DNA from: an uncultured Clostridia bacterium
GTDB lineage: Bacteria > Bacillota > Clostridia > Christensenellales > UBA1242
Direction: 5' to 3'
DNA: 64,000 nucleotides
Assembly (NCBI GenBank): GCA_944349375.1
Contig: CALVMV010000002.1
Location: forward strand, 106,899 to 170,898
Positions 44,805 to 54,845 of this stretch are shown here, in pieces. The translations under genes were made by a program, and so were the position numbers. How positions within the stretch are numbered: position 1 is the stretch's first letter; the number at the start of each line of letters is the position of its first letter. Below the pieces are notes generated by a model, which searched no databases, was not told the DNA's origin, and saw only the letters and a list, made by a program, of their open reading frames with translations.

Positions 44805-44827
44805 TACCCTTTTTAAAAATATTGCTT
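44793..44827 (-). terminator. Rho-independent terminator after the U32 peptidase gene
   Basis: The stem AAGCAATA/TATTGCTT is followed by TTTTTG on the minus strand. Confidence 0.55.
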
Positions 44828-44834
44828 TAATGAT

Positions 44835-46022
44835 TTAAATTGAAACTTTTCTTAAAATATCTCCCTCTTTTAATTGATAAGGGCAATTTATTAAAACTAT
44901 TTCTTGAACTTTCTTGCAATCATCTATTTCTTGTCCCTTAGAATCAACAATTTTTTCAATTTTTATTTTTTTCAAAAAAGTATTATTAGGCGACAATACC
45001 TCAAGTTCATCGTTAATTTTGAAACGATTTCTCATTTCTACCTTAACCATACCATTTTTGCAGTCTTCAATAACCTTTGCCACAAAAACAGCTGTCTGCA
45101 CAGGCATAGAACTTTCTAAATATTCTTTATCGTTACTATTAAAATAGAACCCAGTTGTATATCTTCTATGACTAGTCTTTTCAAGTTCAGATTTAAGTGT
45201 TTGCAAATCATCTTTGCTGTCAATTGCTCTTCTATAAGCGTTCACCACAGAAGCCACATAATAATCAGATTTCATTCTTCCTTCAATTTTTAATGAACAT
45301 ACCCCAGCATTTTCTAATTCTTTTATATGTTCAATCATACACAAATCTTTAGAATTTAAAATATAAGTTCCTCGGCCATCCTGTTCAATAGGGAACTGCT
45401 CAGTTTTATTAACTTCTCTAATAGTGTATTCCCACCTGCAAGCTTGAACACATGCTCCACGGTTACTATCACGCCCTGCCATGTAGTTTGATAATAAGCA
45501 TCTCCCTGAATAAGAAATACACATAGCTCCATGCCCAAAAGCTTCTAATTCAACCCTACTTCCAACATTGTTATAAATTTCTTTAATTTGACTTAAATTT
45601 AGCTCTCTAGCTAGAACAATTCTAGTTACCCCCATATCAGCAAAGAACTTTGCAGAATAAGAGTTGTTAATGTTTGCTTGTGTAGAAACATGAACATTGA
45701 GAGAAGGGAAATTTTTTCTAATGTAATAAATAAGCCCAACATCGCTAACAATAAGCCCATCAACTTTTGCTTTCGTTAGCAAATTTAAATATTCATCTAG
45801 ATTGTCAAAGTCGCTATCGTTTGCAACAATATTTAAAGTTATGTAACCTTTCTTGCCATGTTCATGCAAAAAATTCATTGCTTTAATGATTTCTTCATCA
45901 TCAAAATTCCCCGCAAATGCTCTCAAGCCATACCTTTTCCCTGAGAAATAAACGGCATCTGCTCCAAAATGAACAGCTGTTACGAGTTTGTCAAAATTTC
46001 CCGCAGGTGCTAATAATTCCAT
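44835..46022 (-). CDS. peptidase U32 family protein (YrrO/TrhP-like)
   Basis: MELLAPAGNFDKL start and the U32 signature region EAFGHGAMCISYSGRCLLS are present. The ATG at 46022 has an AAGGAG RBS. Confidence 0.85.
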   Translation of the reverse strand: MELLAPAGNFDKLVTAVHFGADAVYFSGKRYGLRAFAGNFDDEEIIKAMNFLHEHGKKGYITLNIVANDSDFDNLDEYLNLLTKAKVDGLIVSDVGLIYYIRKNFPSLNVHVSTQANINNSYSAKFFADMGVTRIVLARELNLSQIKEIYNNVGSRVELEAFGHGAMCISYSGRCLLSNYMAGRDSNRGACVQACRWEYTIREVNKTEQFPIEQDGRGTYILNSKDLCMIEHIKELENAGVCSLKIEGRMKSDYYVASVVNAYRRAIDSKDDLQTLKSELEKTSHRRYTTGFYFNSNDKEYLESSMPVQTAVFVAKVIEDCKNGMVKVEMRNRFKINDELEVLSPNNTFLKKIKIEKIVDSKGQEIDDCKKVQEIVLINCPYQLKEGDILRKVSI

Positions 46023-46054
46023 TTTCACTCCTTAACCTTATTAAAAATTTTTAA

Positions 46055-47107
46055 TTATAGTTGAATTGTTGCTCGTGCTGTAAGCGATAAATCAGCAAGC
46101 CCTAAACCATCTTTTAACATGTAGTAACCAGCACACGCAATCATTGCAGCATTATCAGTGCAATACTTTAAAACCGGAGAATAAAATTTTTGATCTTTAC
46201 ATGCTTTTTCAAATTTATCTCTTAACATTGAATTTGCACCAACGCCACCAGCTACTACAATCTTATCAATATTTTGTTCTTTGCTTGCCTTTAGCGTTTT
46301 TTCAACAAGCTCATCCGTAACTTCCTCTTGAAAAGATCTTGCAATATCAGCTTTATTAATTTCTTCATTTTTTTGCATTTTATTGTGAACAAAATTAACA
46401 ACAGCAGTTTTCATTCCACTAAATGAAAAGTTTAATGAATTTTTTAAAGAAGAAGAATGAACAAAAGTATAAGCTTTTTCCCCACTTTTTGCAAGTTTAT
46501 CTATCTCAGGTCCACCCGGATAAGATAAATCTAAAACTCTGGCAACTTTGTCAAAGCACTCTCCGACAGCATCATCGACGGTTGAGCCTAAAAGTTGGAA
46601 CTTATTATAATCTTCAACTTTTAAAATAGCACAATGCCCCCCACTAACCATTAAGCAGATAAATGGTGGTTTTAATTCTTGATGAGAAATGTAATTTGCT
46701 GCAATATGCCCATGGACATGGCTAACAGCAATTAACGGCACATCTAAAGAATAAGCAAGGGATTTTGCAAAGTTTACACCTACGAGCAATGCCCCGATTA
46801 ACCCTGCTCCATAAGTTACAGCAACGGCATCAATATCTTTTTTAGATATCTTGGCAACCTTTATAGCTTCTTCAAAAACACTAGAAATAGCTAAAATATG
46901 ATTTCTAGAAGCAACTTCTGGAACAACTCCTCCAAATCTTCTATGAATTTCTATTTGCGATGCAACAATGTTGGATAAAACTTCTCTTCCATTTTTTACA
47001 ACAGCAACACTTGTTTCATCACAAGATGATTCAACAGAGAGAATAATTATATTTTCTTTTTTCTTTAGTTGTTCGTATTTTTCTTTCATTCTTTCAAAAT
47101 AATTCAT
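46055..47107 (-). CDS. tsaD: tRNA N6-adenosine threonylcarbamoyltransferase TsaD
   Basis: ILSVESSCDETSVAVV, HVHGHI and CTDNAAMIA are present. The start (M1 versus M7) is uncertain. Confidence 0.92.
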   Translation of the reverse strand: MNYFERMKEKYEQLKKKENIIILSVESSCDETSVAVVKNGREVLSNIVASQIEIHRRFGGVVPEVASRNHILAISSVFEEAIKVAKISKKDIDAVAVTYGAGLIGALLVGVNFAKSLAYSLDVPLIAVSHVHGHIAANYISHQELKPPFICLMVSGGHCAILKVEDYNKFQLLGSTVDDAVGECFDKVARVLDLSYPGGPEIDKLAKSGEKAYTFVHSSSLKNSLNFSFSGMKTAVVNFVHNKMQKNEEINKADIARSFQEEVTDELVEKTLKASKEQNIDKIVVAGGVGANSMLRDKFEKACKDQKFYSPVLKYCTDNAAMIACAGYYMLKDGLGLADLSLTARATIQL

Positions 47108-47191
47108 AACGCTTTAATTATAACAAAATCGCAAATTAAAAGCAACAAAAAGAATAATCGAATGTATTTAAAAAAATAAACTGCAAACAAT

Positions 47192-48325
47192 ATGAGTATG
47201 AAAATCAAATTAATAGCAATATTTTTATTATTAATAATGATAATTTTTCAAAGTCCAATTATCACCTATGCTTCAGATGGGCAAAAGAATGATAGATATG
47301 TGATATATAATGAAAATAATGAAAAAATAATGGAAAAAAGTGCTGTAGAAGTTGGAGATAGCTTTATAACACAAGATTTTGAAGAATATGAAATCTATAA
47401 AATTGAAGGAAATGAAGCTTATGCAAGAAAGTTGAGCGACATCATAATTTCAAGAAGCAAAAATTTAAATAATGAGATGACACTAAACTCACATAGCTTA
47501 AAATCAACAATCTGCCTATACATGACACATAATGATGAAAGTTATACTCCAACTGATGGATATGACTCAGTTTATGGTGTAGGAGGAATACATGATGTCG
47601 CCAAAGAATTAAAATCGGAATTAGAATCAAATGGATATAATGTTGTCTTAGATGAAACTTTACATATCCCCCATAACTCATCAGCTTACTCTCGCTCAGG
47701 TCAAACTGCAACAAAATTATTTAACACATACTCACCTGATGCCCTATTTGATATTCATAGAGATGGAGTGAGCAAAAGCTATTATTATACCAATCAAAAT
47801 GGAGAAGATTTAAGTAAAATACGAATAGTTGTAGGCAAAAGCAACCCAAATTACAGCAAAAATTACGAATTTGCAAAGGAACTTTTTGTTTCAGGCAATA
47901 CAATGTACCCATGGCTATTTTCTGATATTTACAGTGGAAGTGGGCATTATAATCAAGCTTTAAAAGATTCTTGCCTTCTTTTTGAAATGGGCACATACTT
48001 AATTGAAAAAGAATATGTTTATAACAGTATTCCATATCTAGTTGACGCCATTGATTTGATTTTAGGTAGCGAAGAAAACAATAGCGCCGATAATGGAAAT
48101 TCTATAGACGGTAACATATCTGACAATAATCAAACAGCAAACGAAGATTCTAATACATCATCAAATAGTCAAAATTCTAACGATACTGAGAATAACCCGT
48201 CAACAAATTCTACGGCGTGGATCTGGATAGTTTTAAGCTTGGCAATTATATCATTAATCATAGCATTTATAGTTTTTAAAAACAAAAAATCAAAAAATAC
48301 TGAAAAAGCGACTCGAAAAAAGTAG
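47192..48325 (+). CDS. spoIIP: stage II sporulation protein P (SpoIIP) with an extra low-complexity tail and C-terminal TM helix
   Basis: An N-terminal TM helix and the SpoIIP core (ICLYMTHNDESYTP..., DIHRDG, RIVVGKSNPNY) are present. The C-terminus adds an N/S/D-rich stretch and the hydrophobic segment WIWIVLSLAIISLIIAFIVF. Confidence 0.8.
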   Translation: MSMKIKLIAIFLLLIMIIFQSPIITYASDGQKNDRYVIYNENNEKIMEKSAVEVGDSFITQDFEEYEIYKIEGNEAYARKLSDIIISRSKNLNNEMTLNSHSLKSTICLYMTHNDESYTPTDGYDSVYGVGGIHDVAKELKSELESNGYNVVLDETLHIPHNSSAYSRSGQTATKLFNTYSPDALFDIHRDGVSKSYYYTNQNGEDLSKIRIVVGKSNPNYSKNYEFAKELFVSGNTMYPWLFSDIYSGSGHYNQALKDSCLLFEMGTYLIEKEYVYNSIPYLVDAIDLILGSEENNSADNGNSIDGNISDNNQTANEDSNTSSNSQNSNDTENNPSTNSTAWIWIVLSLAIISLIIAFIVFKNKKSKNTEKATRKK

Positions 48326-48741
48326 AAAAATATAAATAAAAAACACATAAAGAAATTAAAAAAAATAGATTAAGCAAAAAGACAAACAAAGATTAAACTT
48401 TTTAAGACTAGTAAAATAAAAAATAAATTTCTCGAAATGCTTGGCCATTTTATATTGATTTCAAAAAAAAATTAACTTTTACTATGTTGTAAATAACAAG
48501 ACTTAAAAATTATCAATAATAAAAAATTTGAAATAGAGATTATAATACACTAAACGAAAAAATACCAAAAGCTTCAAAAAATAAAATATTAAATTATTTT
48601 AAAATATTCTTCTTAAACATTTTAATTTTTTTGCTTTGTATATTGCCATTCACAATGGTTCTAAAGTTTTGAATATGGTGAGTTCATATATAATTAAAAA
48701 CAGGTATGATTTATTTTTTTTGATAAAAACAAAGTTTTATA

Positions 48742-48770
48742 TTTACAAAAAAACAATTTATTGCTATAAT
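48742..48770 (+). promoter_or_regulatory. sigma-A-type promoter of the 476-aa orphan gene
   Basis: TTTACA, 17 nt, then TGcTATAAT, about 22 nt upstream of the ATG. Confidence 0.55.
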
Positions 48771-48792
48771 TTCTCTAAAGGCAGGATTTTTT

Positions 48793-50223
48793 ATGTCAAA
48801 CAGCGAAGCTAAAATAAAGTTTTTGAAAAAGTTTAAAAGCAAAATAAAAGTTGACATGGTGAAATACGCAAAAAAAATTTTACCATATAAAATGTTAGGT
48901 TATCGGTCATATACCATCTTGACTTCTCTTAATATAAATCAATCAACTAAGCCCATAAAGAAAGAAGAATTATTATCGTTTTATAAAAATATATATGATG
49001 TATGGTATGATTTCGTTTTAAATCTTGATGAAAATAAATATAATAGAAAATATTATAAAGGTATAAATAAAATAAAAACTGACAAAAGGTTTAAAAGAAA
49101 TAATATGACGCCTTCAGATTGTGAAAGATTTATTTTTGAAAGTTATGATAAAGAACTTTCTGGAAGCGGATTAAGATTTTTGAGTTCTCAAAATGGAAAA
49201 ATAGTAAATGAAGATGCTCCTAATTTTATTCATGTATATCCTTTTGCAATGTCGAATAATATTGATTGTCGCTTATATCTAAATTTAAAATCAGAAAACA
49301 TTCTTAAACTCGGGAAAATATTAACAAAAAAATGTTATCAAAAACATTATAGAATATACTATAAATTTTGGACTGGAATGAATGATAGAAATGATACTTT
49401 TTTAATTTATACAAATTATAATAGAGTTCATGATATTATTGATATTTTAAAAGAGATAAAAAACGAAAAACCGGAAATATTTGTTGGCTGTGAAAATTCA
49501 AGCGGTATTCTTCCTATGATTGACGGATTTATAGGCTTTGGTGAAGAGCCTACATACAAACATTCTTCTTTTAATTTGGAAAGAGGAGAAGCTTTTGATG
49601 AATTTTTTGGAGAATTATTAAAAAAACAAGCAAAGCAAATTGGAAATTATACTGGAACGATTCATAATTCAAGAGGAGAAGATTTATATTTAAAAGAATA
49701 CTTAAAATATCTAATAAAGAAATCTTTTAAAAAGACACTCAAAGCTCGACAAATGGAAATTGTCAATAGACAGTATCCTGAAATTTATAAAACAGATGAC
49801 CAGATTAGAAATTATATTGAAATTCAAACAAAAATTTACGAAAGATGTAAAAACACACTTCCAGATTTTCTTAAAGATCAAATTGACAATAATGCTGAAA
49901 CAATTATAGAAAATTTAAAATCTGGCATATTTCAAGATAATATAAACTTTATTTTTAAAACACGGAGAATCGCTCTTTCGCTATATAGTACAGAATACGC
50001 TAAAAAACTGATTGAACAAAATGGAAGTCTTAATTATTATTTCAACCTTGATTTAAATTTAAGACAAAAATTATTTGATGTTTTTGATGTTAAGAACAAA
50101 ATAGTTAGTGAAATATCAAAAGAATCATTAAAACCATATTTTAAAAAACATCATATTTCATTTGAGTATCCATACTTAAATACAGAAACTATAGAAGAAA
50201 TAGAAGATGAAAATGGTAGGTAA
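48793..50223 (+). CDS. hypothetical protein (476 aa), K/Y/N-rich, no confidently recognised domain
   Basis: RBS AAAGGCAGGA. The central block CRLYLNLKSEN...YYKFWTGMNDRNDTFLIYTNY is reminiscent of the R-x-Y-L-N ... R-x-D-x-x-V/I-Y pattern seen in some kinase/lyase-like families. This is unverified. Confidence 0.6.
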   Translation: MSNSEAKIKFLKKFKSKIKVDMVKYAKKILPYKMLGYRSYTILTSLNINQSTKPIKKEELLSFYKNIYDVWYDFVLNLDENKYNRKYYKGINKIKTDKRFKRNNMTPSDCERFIFESYDKELSGSGLRFLSSQNGKIVNEDAPNFIHVYPFAMSNNIDCRLYLNLKSENILKLGKILTKKCYQKHYRIYYKFWTGMNDRNDTFLIYTNYNRVHDIIDILKEIKNEKPEIFVGCENSSGILPMIDGFIGFGEEPTYKHSSFNLERGEAFDEFFGELLKKQAKQIGNYTGTIHNSRGEDLYLKEYLKYLIKKSFKKTLKARQMEIVNRQYPEIYKTDDQIRNYIEIQTKIYERCKNTLPDFLKDQIDNNAETIIENLKSGIFQDNINFIFKTRRIALSLYSTEYAKKLIEQNGSLNYYFNLDLNLRQKLFDVFDVKNKIVSEISKESLKPYFKKHHISFEYPYLNTETIEEIEDENGR

Positions 50224-50341
50224 GAAAAAAATATGATATAATGAACTAAAAAATATGAAAGAAAAAAAAGGAACTGACTAAAATATCCCTACAAGTTAAA
50301 GTAATAAGTTCCTTTTTTATATTTGTGATAAAACGACCAAA

Positions 50342-51443
50342 CTAAACTCCTATCTTTTTTAAATATTCATTTATAAATCCTTGAATATTACCATCCATAA
50401 CCGAACTAATATTAGTATCTTCATACCCAGTTCTATGGTCTTTAACCAATGTATAAGGACAAAAAACATAACTTCGGATTTGGCTACCCCATTCGATTTT
50501 TTTGATTTCTCCACGCACTTTAGCCATTTCTTGCATTTCTTTTTCTTCTTCAAGTTCGACTAATTTAGAATATAACATTTGCATAGCTACTTCTCTGTTT
50601 TGGAGTTGCGAGCGTTCATTTTGACAAGCAACAACTATCCCTGTTGGTATATGAGTTATTCTTATTGCACTTTCAGTTTTGTTTACATGTTGTCCTCCTG
50701 CTCCAGAAGAACGATAAGTGTCTATTTTTAAATCTTCAGGTTTTATATCAATATCTGGCTTTTCTTCTATTTTTGGGATAACTTCCACACTAGCGAATGA
50801 AGTATGCCTTCTTGCATTTGCATCAAAAGGCGATATTCTTACTAACCTATGGACTCCTTTTTCGCATTTTAAAAAGCCATAAGCATTTTCGCCGTCTACC
50901 TCAAAGGTAATAGATTTTATACCAGCACCATCGCCGTCAAGCACATCTAAAACTTTAATTTTCCAATCGTTTTTAGAACAGAACATAGAATACATACGAT
51001 AAAGCATATCAGTCCAATCACAAGCTTCTGTTCCACCAGCTCCAGCATGCAAAGTCATAATTGCATCAAAACTATCATATTTACCCGAAAGTAAAGTTTG
51101 AATTTTTGCTTTTTCAACCTTATCTTCGCTTAAGTGCAAATTGTCTTCGATATCTTTTTCCAAGCTTAAATCTTGAAATTCTTGGTATAACTCAATAGAA
51201 GCTTCACAATCATTTATGGTCTTACTTAAATCATTTATTAAATCAATTTTGTGTTGACATTCTTTTATTTGTTTACCAACACTCAAAGCTCGCTTTTGGT
51301 CTAAATAAAAATCTTCTTGCATTTGTTCAGCTTCAAGTTCCTTTATTTTTGCCGTTTGCCCAGCGTAGTCAAAGACACTCCTTTAAATAGTCAAGCTCTT
51401 GTTTTAATTTCCCCACTCTTTCAATCACATTATCTAAAATCAT
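50342..51443 (-). CDS. prfB: peptide chain release factor 2, with programmed +1 frameshift at 51368-51374
   Basis: Frame 0 gives MILDNVIERVGKLKQELDYLKECL, then CTT TGA C. Shifting +1 continues DYAGQTAKIKELEAEQMQEDFYLDQKRA into the 326-aa track ORF, which contains the SPF and GGQ motifs. Confidence 0.93.
51368..51374 (-). other. RF2 +1 frameshift site CTT TGA C with upstream SD-like AAGGAG
   Basis: The minus strand reads AAAGGAGTGTCTTTGAC, the classical autoregulatory prfB recoding signal. Confidence 0.9.
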
Positions 51444-51641
51444 ACAATCTCCTTCTATTTCTAACAAAACTAAATTGACTTTAAATATAACATATAAATA
51501 AATCTTTGCCAAATGATTATAACATAAAAGGCAAACATAAACAAGCTTTTATTTATTTTTTGCACAATTTTAGCTTTAAATGAATATATTGAGTATAGTT
51601 AGTTTACTTGTGTAAACTCATAGAAAGATAGGGAGGTAAAA

Positions 51642-52301
51642 ATGTCTTTTTATATTAACAATACAAATCCGAACCGTCCCGGACCTTTAGGAGGGAATGG
51701 TTTAAACGGAATTTGTGAAAAAGTACTTATTGAAACAACTAAAGTTTTTGATGCCTGCGTAAGCCAAACAACAGAAAGTGGAATAATTTTGCCAGTTTCA
51801 AACTTTAATCCAGCTTCTCCAGCATTGCCACTCACTTACATTTCTGCTCAAAACACATCTGGTTCAACAGTTACAGTATCCGACATTACGATAGACAGAA
51901 TTGAACAAACTCCAAATTATGCAAATGTAAGCATGACAATAACAATACCCGTAACTGTTACTTATAGAGATGCAAATGGAATTATAGGAACAGGGACATC
52001 AACTTTAACAGTAACAAAGAGTGTTGTGTTATTTGTTCCACAACCATCACTTTCCCCTGTAAATATAACGGCAAATGCTTTATTTACAAGTTCAATAGGA
52101 GCATATACATCTGAAAACACATTTACAGTTACAGGTTGTATAGAGATAATTGTCAAAGTAACATCAGTTGTAGATTTGTTAATACCAAGTTATGGATATC
52201 CAGTAATTCCTCCATGCCAAGCACCAGAACCATCAAATGCTTGCCCAGGATTACAAAATATGCCATTATACCCAACAGCAACGACAACACGAATACAATA
52301 A
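51642..52301 (+). CDS. hypothetical T/V/S-rich beta-type protein (219 aa), possible spore-surface structural protein
   Basis: Strong RBS AGGGAGG. It has a Gly/Pro/Asn-rich N-terminus, the motif CEKVLIETTKVFDAC, long T/V/I-rich strands and a C-terminal PPCQAPEPSNACPG. No signal peptide. The functional guess is weak. Confidence 0.5.
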   Translation: MSFYINNTNPNRPGPLGGNGLNGICEKVLIETTKVFDACVSQTTESGIILPVSNFNPASPALPLTYISAQNTSGSTVTVSDITIDRIEQTPNYANVSMTITIPVTVTYRDANGIIGTGTSTLTVTKSVVLFVPQPSLSPVNITANALFTSSIGAYTSENTFTVTGCIEIIVKVTSVVDLLIPSYGYPVIPPCQAPEPSNACPGLQNMPLYPTATTTRIQ

Positions 52302-52324
52302 TTAAAAATAAAAAATTAAAAACA

Positions 52325-52347
52325 AAAACATGCTAAAAGCATGTTTT
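52325..52347. terminator. bidirectional terminator between the 219-aa gene and tlyA
   Basis: The stem AAAACATGC/GCATGTTTT is flanked by A- and T-runs. Confidence 0.7.
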
Positions 52348-53127
52348 TTAATTTTTCAGAATTCCAAAAGCTTTATCCACAACACTATCAATTTCGAATA
52401 GGCTTATATCTTCGCCATTTAAATAAAAGAGATATTCAATATTACCACTTTTTCCTTTTATTTTTGAATAAGATAAATCCGAAATTAGAAAATTGTTAAT
52501 CTCTAAATATGAACAGAAGTCTTTTAATAATTCTAAATGTACATTTCTTTTGGTTACTACTCCTTTGTATTTTTTTGCTAATTCTTTACCACATTCAAAT
52601 TGTGGTTTAAACAAAATACAAATTTCAATATTGGACCCAAACAACTCTTTTATTTTAGGGAAAATATGCTTTAAAGATATAAAAGAAACATCTCCAATTA
52701 TCATTTGCACATCAGGGCACATGTTTATTTTCAAATTTCTAAAGTCTTTTGAATTATAATTTACAACTCTTTTATCCTTTTTTAAACTTTCAAAAAGTTC
52801 GTTTTCTCCAATATCTACAGCATATACTTTTTTAGCTCCATTATCTAACGCAACTTGAGTAAATCCCCCTGTCGAAGCCCCAATATCTAAAACAACTTTA
52901 TCTTTAAAATTTAAATTAAAATCATCAATGGCACCTAATAACTTATGTGCTCCCCTAGAGACATAACTCTGGTTTTCTTCAACCCTTACATCGCTTTCTT
53001 CTTCGACCTCAAAAGCAGGTTTATCAATAGCTTTATCACAAACAAAAACAAACCCGTTTTTAATCAATTCTTGGGCTTTTGTTCTTGATATTTTATTTTT
53101 TTCTGAAACCAATTTGTCCAATCTCAT
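52348..53127 (-). CDS. tlyA: TlyA-family rRNA 2'-O-methyltransferase
   Basis: An S4-like N-terminus (MRLDKLVSEK...SRTKAQELI) and the FtsJ-type SAM motif VLDIGASTGGFT are present. Confidence 0.85.
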   Translation of the reverse strand: MRLDKLVSEKNKISRTKAQELIKNGFVFVCDKAIDKPAFEVEEESDVRVEENQSYVSRGAHKLLGAIDDFNLNFKDKVVLDIGASTGGFTQVALDNGAKKVYAVDIGENELFESLKKDKRVVNYNSKDFRNLKINMCPDVQMIIGDVSFISLKHIFPKIKELFGSNIEICILFKPQFECGKELAKKYKGVVTKRNVHLELLKDFCSYLEINNFLISDLSYSKIKGKSGNIEYLFYLNGEDISLFEIDSVVDKAFGILKN

Positions 53128-53198
53128 GATAATATTTTAACTTTTTGATTAAAAAAAATCAATAAAAAACTGCTTTTATAAAAAGCAGTTTTAATAAT

Positions 53199-54833
53199 TT
53201 ATTCCAAGCTAACAAGGTAGTAGTATACAGGTTGCCCACCATAGACAGTACTAACTTCTACCTCTGGATATTTTTTAGACAACGACTCAACTAAAGTATT
53301 TGCCTCTTCTTCCCTAATATCTTCACCATAAAAAATTGTTATATTCATGATCGAATCATCTATCATTTTTTCTACTAATTTAGCTGTTGTATCGTTAACA
53401 AGTTTGCCCTTTGCAAGGATTGCTTTATCATCAAGCCCAATAATTTCACCTACCGACAAATCAAAACCATCAACATGAGTATCTCTAACAGCATAAGTTA
53501 CAGCTCCAGAACGAACATTTTTGATAGCATCTTTCATAGCTTCTGAATTTTCTTCAACACTACCATCAGGATTGAAAGACAATGAAGCTGTTATCCCTTC
53601 AGGGACAGACCTTGTAGGAACAACAATCAAATTTTTCGTAGTTAAATCATTTGCTTGCTCTGCAGCCAAAACAATATTTTTATTGTTAGGGAAAACGATG
53701 ACATTTGTTGCAGGGACTTTATCACAAGCAGCAGCAATATCTTCAGCACTTGGGTTCATAGTTTGCCCACCGACTATAATTTCATCAACACCCATATCTT
53801 TGAAAATGTTTGCAATTCCATCTCCAGGAGCGACTGCTACCATACCAATTTCTTTTGTTATTTCTTGAACAAGAGCCTTTTTCTTTAGCTCTCTGTTTTG
53901 CTCAAGCATATTTTCTATTTTAAGATTATAAAGTTCTCCAAGTTCCAAAGCATATTCAAGAGCTTTATTAGGTTCATTTGAGTGAACATGTACTTTTACA
54001 AGGCTTAAATCTCCAATACAAATAACAGAATCACCAATTTGCATTAATTTTTCACGAAGTTTATCAATATCTGCTTCAGTTGTTTTCTTTTTCATATTAA
54101 TAATCATATATTCAGTGCAATAACCAAATTGAATATCGCCAAGATTATTTATATCAGCTATAACATCATCAACAGTTTGAGGTTTCTTTTCATCTTCAAA
54201 ATTAAATTCAAAGTTTTCTTCACCCATCAAAAGCTTATAAAAGCCTGTGAAGATAACGATAATACCTCTACCACCAGCATCAACAACGCCTGCTTTTTTT
54301 AATACAGGCAACATTTCCGGAGTTTGTTTTAAAATTTCTTCACCTGTTTCCAAAACTTTTTTAAGGAATACTTCGAAATCATCACATTTCTTTGCCACAT
54401 TAACAGCATTTTCGGCCATAACACGAATAACAGTTAAAATAGTTCCCTCTTTTGGCTTTGTAACTGCTTTATATGCAATGTTTGCCCCTTCTTGCATAGC
54501 ACGAGCAAAAACCTTAGTAGTTATTTCACTGCTCTTTGCAGTTTCGCTACAAAAGCCCTTGAAAATTTGAGAAGTTATAACACCGCTATTACCTCTAGCA
54601 CCTTTTAAAGCACCTTTTGCAAAAGCTTCACTAAGTGAATCAATGTTATTGTTAATACATTTTGAAAGTTCATTAACAGCAGACTTCATAGTAAGGAACA
54701 TATTAGTTCCTGTATCTCCATCTGGAACAGGAAACACATTCAAAGAGTCAACATATTTTTTATTTTGTTCGAGTAGCCCAGCCCCAGCTACTATCATTTT
54801 GCGGAAAGTTGCTCCGTTAATAGTTTTAATCAT
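53199..54833 (-). CDS. DAK2 domain-containing protein (YloV family)
   Basis: The N-terminal Dak2 motif PVPDGDTGTNM and the YloV-like C-terminal domain are present. The ATG at 54833 follows AGGAG. Confidence 0.88.
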   Translation of the reverse strand: MIKTINGATFRKMIVAGAGLLEQNKKYVDSLNVFPVPDGDTGTNMFLTMKSAVNELSKCINNNIDSLSEAFAKGALKGARGNSGVITSQIFKGFCSETAKSSEITTKVFARAMQEGANIAYKAVTKPKEGTILTVIRVMAENAVNVAKKCDDFEVFLKKVLETGEEILKQTPEMLPVLKKAGVVDAGGRGIIVIFTGFYKLLMGEENFEFNFEDEKKPQTVDDVIADINNLGDIQFGYCTEYMIINMKKKTTEADIDKLREKLMQIGDSVICIGDLSLVKVHVHSNEPNKALEYALELGELYNLKIENMLEQNRELKKKALVQEITKEIGMVAVAPGDGIANIFKDMGVDEIIVGGQTMNPSAEDIAAACDKVPATNVIVFPNNKNIVLAAEQANDLTTKNLIVVPTRSVPEGITASLSFNPDGSVEENSEAMKDAIKNVRSGAVTYAVRDTHVDGFDLSVGEIIGLDDKAILAKGKLVNDTTAKLVEKMIDDSIMNITIFYGEDIREEEANTLVESLSKKYPEVEVSTVYGGQPVYYYLVSLE

Positions 54834-54845
54834 CACCAATTTCTC

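Noticed and set aside
47150-47200. A sigma-E-like -10 element, CAAACAAT (consensus CATACAnT), just before the spoIIP start.
   Set aside because: It abuts the ATG, which would leave no leader. The -35 match is weak, and the element cannot be distinguished from AT-rich background without TSS data.
48326-48741. A search for hidden small ORFs, riboswitches or structured RNA in the 467-bp spacer.
   Set aside because: I found only very short ORFs without RBSs and no stable GC-containing stems. By eye it is promoter-distal AT-rich DNA. A covariance-model scan would be needed to be sure.
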